DNA of 64,000 nt from Octopus sinensis (Eukaryota). A program made the translations under genes and the position numbers. The notes under the pieces were generated by a model that was not told where the DNA came from, did no database searches, and saw only the letters and a program-made list of their open reading frames with translations. Positions within the stretch are counted from its first letter, which is position 1. Every line of letters begins with the position of its first letter. Positions 61,051-64,000 of this stretch are shown here, piece by piece. The DNA is taken from assembly GCF_006345805.1 (NCBI RefSeq), contig NC_042998.1:120776001-120840000 (forward strand), read 5' to 3'.

Positions 61051-61526
61051 CTATCATTTTAAAATCTGAAGAATTCTGTTTTAAAAATCTGTTTTAGAAA
61101 ATTGAAGAATTCTGTTTTAGAAATCTAACTCCATTATAGCATTTCAGCTTGAATATTTGTAATTTGACAGTAAATGGGTTTTCAGTGTTTGTTCTTATTG
61201 TTTAGTCCTTGGTTAGCCTTTCAGTAGATCTATGGTGTGTGTGAGCGTGTGTGTGTGTATGCGTGCACGCGTGTGTGTGTGTGAATATATATATATATAT
61301 ATATTAGAAATATTGAATTTCTAAATGTCTCAATGAGACATGAGTGGTGGTGGAGCGATAGAGTGGTTCTATACAGTCAACATAACGTGACAGTCCCATA
61401 GAGGGAATTACACCACCGCTATATAGCCCAAGGAAGCATCGACACTTCCTGTCGGCTTTGACACATTTCCTGTGTCCTTATATTCGCAAAGGGGAGGCAA
61501 GCACCCCTACCAGCTAGGACTAGCAA

Positions 61527-61572
61527 CCTGAATACATGCATCTTTCTGGGTATTGCCCATCATCAGTTCAGG
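61527..61572 (-). ncRNA. Type I hammerhead ribozyme motif
   Basis: CCTGAA-CTGATGA-TGGG caata CCCA-GAAA-gatgcatg-TA-TTCAGG; stems I and II are perfect, stem III has one mismatch. Confidence 0.75.
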
Positions 61573-61926
61573 GTAGCGTGTCCCCGCTAGCGGTGATGCT
61601 TACCAAGCCTTTGCGAATATGTCAATTTACAGTGAAATTTATTCACTGGTCACCGTAATATAAGGACACGGGAAATGTGTCAAAGCCGACAGGAAGCGTC
61701 GATGCTTCATAGGGCTATATAGCAGTGGTATAATTCCCTCTACAGGACTGTCACGTTATGTTGACTTTATACAACCACTCTATCGCTCCACCACCGCACA
61801 TGTCTCGTTGAGACATTTAGAAATTCAATATTGAATCACTGACTCCAAAACATTTGAATCAATGAGGCAGCTGCTATAGTCATTTGCCTTGCTAGACATA
61901 GTAGCTAAAGCTCCCCGATAATAGCA

Positions 61927-62512
61927 ATCCTTTTTACTATAGGCACAAAACCTGAAATTTGGGTGGGTAGGCTAGTCAATAACATTGACCTCACTACTTG
62001 ATTGGAACTTATTTTATCGACCTGGAGAGGATGAAAGGCAAAGTTGACTTTAGCAGAATTTGAACTCAGGGTGTAAAGACAGACAAAATACAGCTAAGTA
62101 TTTTATCCAGGGCATTAATGATTTTATCAGCTTGTCACATTCTCACCAGTACTAATAATGGTTGTTTTAATTTGGGAATAAGATCAATAATTTTGAGGGT
62201 ATGGGGTTAATCGATACCATCAATCCTAGTACTGGGTGAAAGGAGATTTGAACTCAGAACACAGAATTGTAACTACAAATCTAATGATAATAATAATAAT
62301 AATCCTTTATACTATAGGCACAAAGCCTGGAATTTGAGGGTGGAGATTATGTGATTACATCAGCCCCAAAGCTCAACTGGTACTTGTTCTATTGACCCTG
62401 AAAGGATGAAAGGCAAAGTTAATCTCAGTGTAATTTGAACTCAGAATGTAAAGACAGAGAAAATACAGCTAAGCATTTTGTCCAGCATGCTAAGGATTTT
62501 GCCAGCTCATGC
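61927..62512 (-). mobile_element. Two to three tandem copies of a second tRNA-derived SINE with a Nin/Deu-like central segment (GCCTTTCATCC...GGTCGATAAA..AGTACC); other copies near 1470-1610, 21180-21400, 58080-58220
   Basis: B-box-like GAGTTCAAAT and a repeated core; the domain name is from memory. Confidence 0.65.
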
Positions 62513-62519
62513 TGCATCC

Positions 62520-64000
62520 AACTTTAGACCAATAACATGCCTTCCATTAATGTAGAAACTAATATCAGGTGCTTTGGTCAGTGAACTGTACAGATACTTG
62601 GGAAAATGCAGGCTGCTACCCACTGAACAGAAAGGGTGCCGAAAAAGGAGCTGGGGAATGATAATCTAATTATCAGGAACTGCAAGAGAAGACATACAAA
62701 CCTGAGCATGGCATGGGATGATTATTGCAAATCATACAATATGATACCACACTCCAGAATAATAAGAACAATGGAAATGTATGGAGTAGCAGAGAATGTG
62801 AGAAGCCTTATATGGAATAGCATGAAATGCTGGACAATAGAATTGACAGCAGGGAAACAAATACTAGAAGAGGTGAAAATCAAGAGAGGAATCTTCCAGG
62901 GGGACAGTGTATTCCCACAGATATTCATGCTGGGAATAATCTCCTTGAGTGAAATACTACAGAAAACAAAGTTGGGGTATGACCTAGGAAGAGGTAAAGG
63001 AAAACTAAACCACTTGCTATTCATGGATGACCTGAAGCTATTCACAAAAACCAAGACAGAACTGAACAGCCTAGTCCAGTCTGTGTGGATTTTCTCCAAT
63101 GATATTAAGATGGAGTTTGGACTCTCAAAATGTGCTACGATAGTGATGAGACGAGGAAAGCTTGCCAGAACAGAGGGTATATGGCTACCATGTGGTGAAA
63201 TGATGAAAGTAATTCAACCTCAATCCAGCTATAAATACTTAGAAATACTTGAGACAGATGGAATCAAACACCATGACATGAAGTAAAAGACAAAATGAGA
63301 GTACCTGCGGTGAGTGAGAAAAATACTGACCTCAAGGCTGAATGCCAGAAACATAATTTCGGCAATAAACTCATGTGCAGTTGCAGTAGTTCATTATGGT
63401 GCTGGAATCCTGAAGTGGACAGAGGAGGAGCTAAAGGAGATGGGCAGGAAGTCAAGAAAGCTCCTAAAGATGTATGGAGCCCATTATCCACGTGCAGACA
63501 CTGATTGCCTATACATGAAGAGAGCAAATGGAGGTATGGGACTGATAAGTGTAGATGACTGCATGCATATTGAATTCGAGAGTTTGATGAGATACCTAGC
63601 CCAAAGTAAGGAAACCTTGCTACAGACAGTTAGGAACAAGAGAGTATTGAGAACAGGAAAAAAAAGGGTAAACAAAGGAAGAAGTACAAAAAGGACATGA
63701 AGAAGAAATATACAAGAAGGGACTACACAATCAATTCCATATAACCACAACAGAAGTTGCTGGGAAAAATAGGTGGGATTGGTTGATGAAAAGAACCTTA
63801 TACAAAGAGACCAAGAGCACTATGCTAGCAGCACAGAACCATACTTTGGCCATGAACTGGAAAGTCAACCTGAGGAATGAGCAAGTATCTCCGCCATGTC
63901 ACATCTGCAATAGAGTGGATGAAACCATTGCCCATATCACAAATGAATGCCCTACACTTACCCAAAATCACTAATAGTGGCGACATGACCAGGTAGCGAC
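62520..64000 (+). mobile_element. Decayed R4/Dong-like (restriction-like endonuclease class) non-LTR retrotransposon; RT and CCHC region; continues past the window end
   Basis: IKRGIFQGDS, NHLLFMDDLKLF, MEFGLSKCA, GG.GL, CHICNRVDETIAHITNECP. Confidence 0.85.

Overview
This is AT-rich, repeat-dense eukaryotic genomic DNA. The SINE/RTE/microsatellite repertoire suggests a coleoid cephalopod (Octopus-like); that assignment is inference. The host gene is a + strand bubblegum-type long-chain acyl-CoA synthetase (ACSBG family). I could reconstruct 15 coding exons (315..43673), all with GT-AG introns and consistent phases, giving 2121 nt / 706 aa. Its 21-kb first coding intron holds a nearly complete, GC-rich, minus-strand LTR retrotransposon (12208..16368; gag-PR-RT-RH-IN) next to a decayed CR1/L2 LINE. 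The most striking observation is that this element lacks a TGG-type primer-binding site. Instead, the 12 nt abutting its 5' LTR are the exact complement of nucleotides 1-12 (the 5' end) of animal tRNA-Phe(GAA), which suggests priming by a 5' tRNA fragment. The element also has a G-GGA-AAC slippery site followed by an H-type pseudoknot for gag-pol -1 frameshifting. Scattered through the window are several hammerhead-ribozyme motifs in Penelope-like or fold-back repeats, a conserved multi-pseudoknot motif in microsatellite-inserted repeats, tRNA-derived SINEs, RTE and R4/Dong-like LINE remnants, a Helitron-type element, and TA- and TTAA-specific MITEs. All calls are by eye; no database searches were run.
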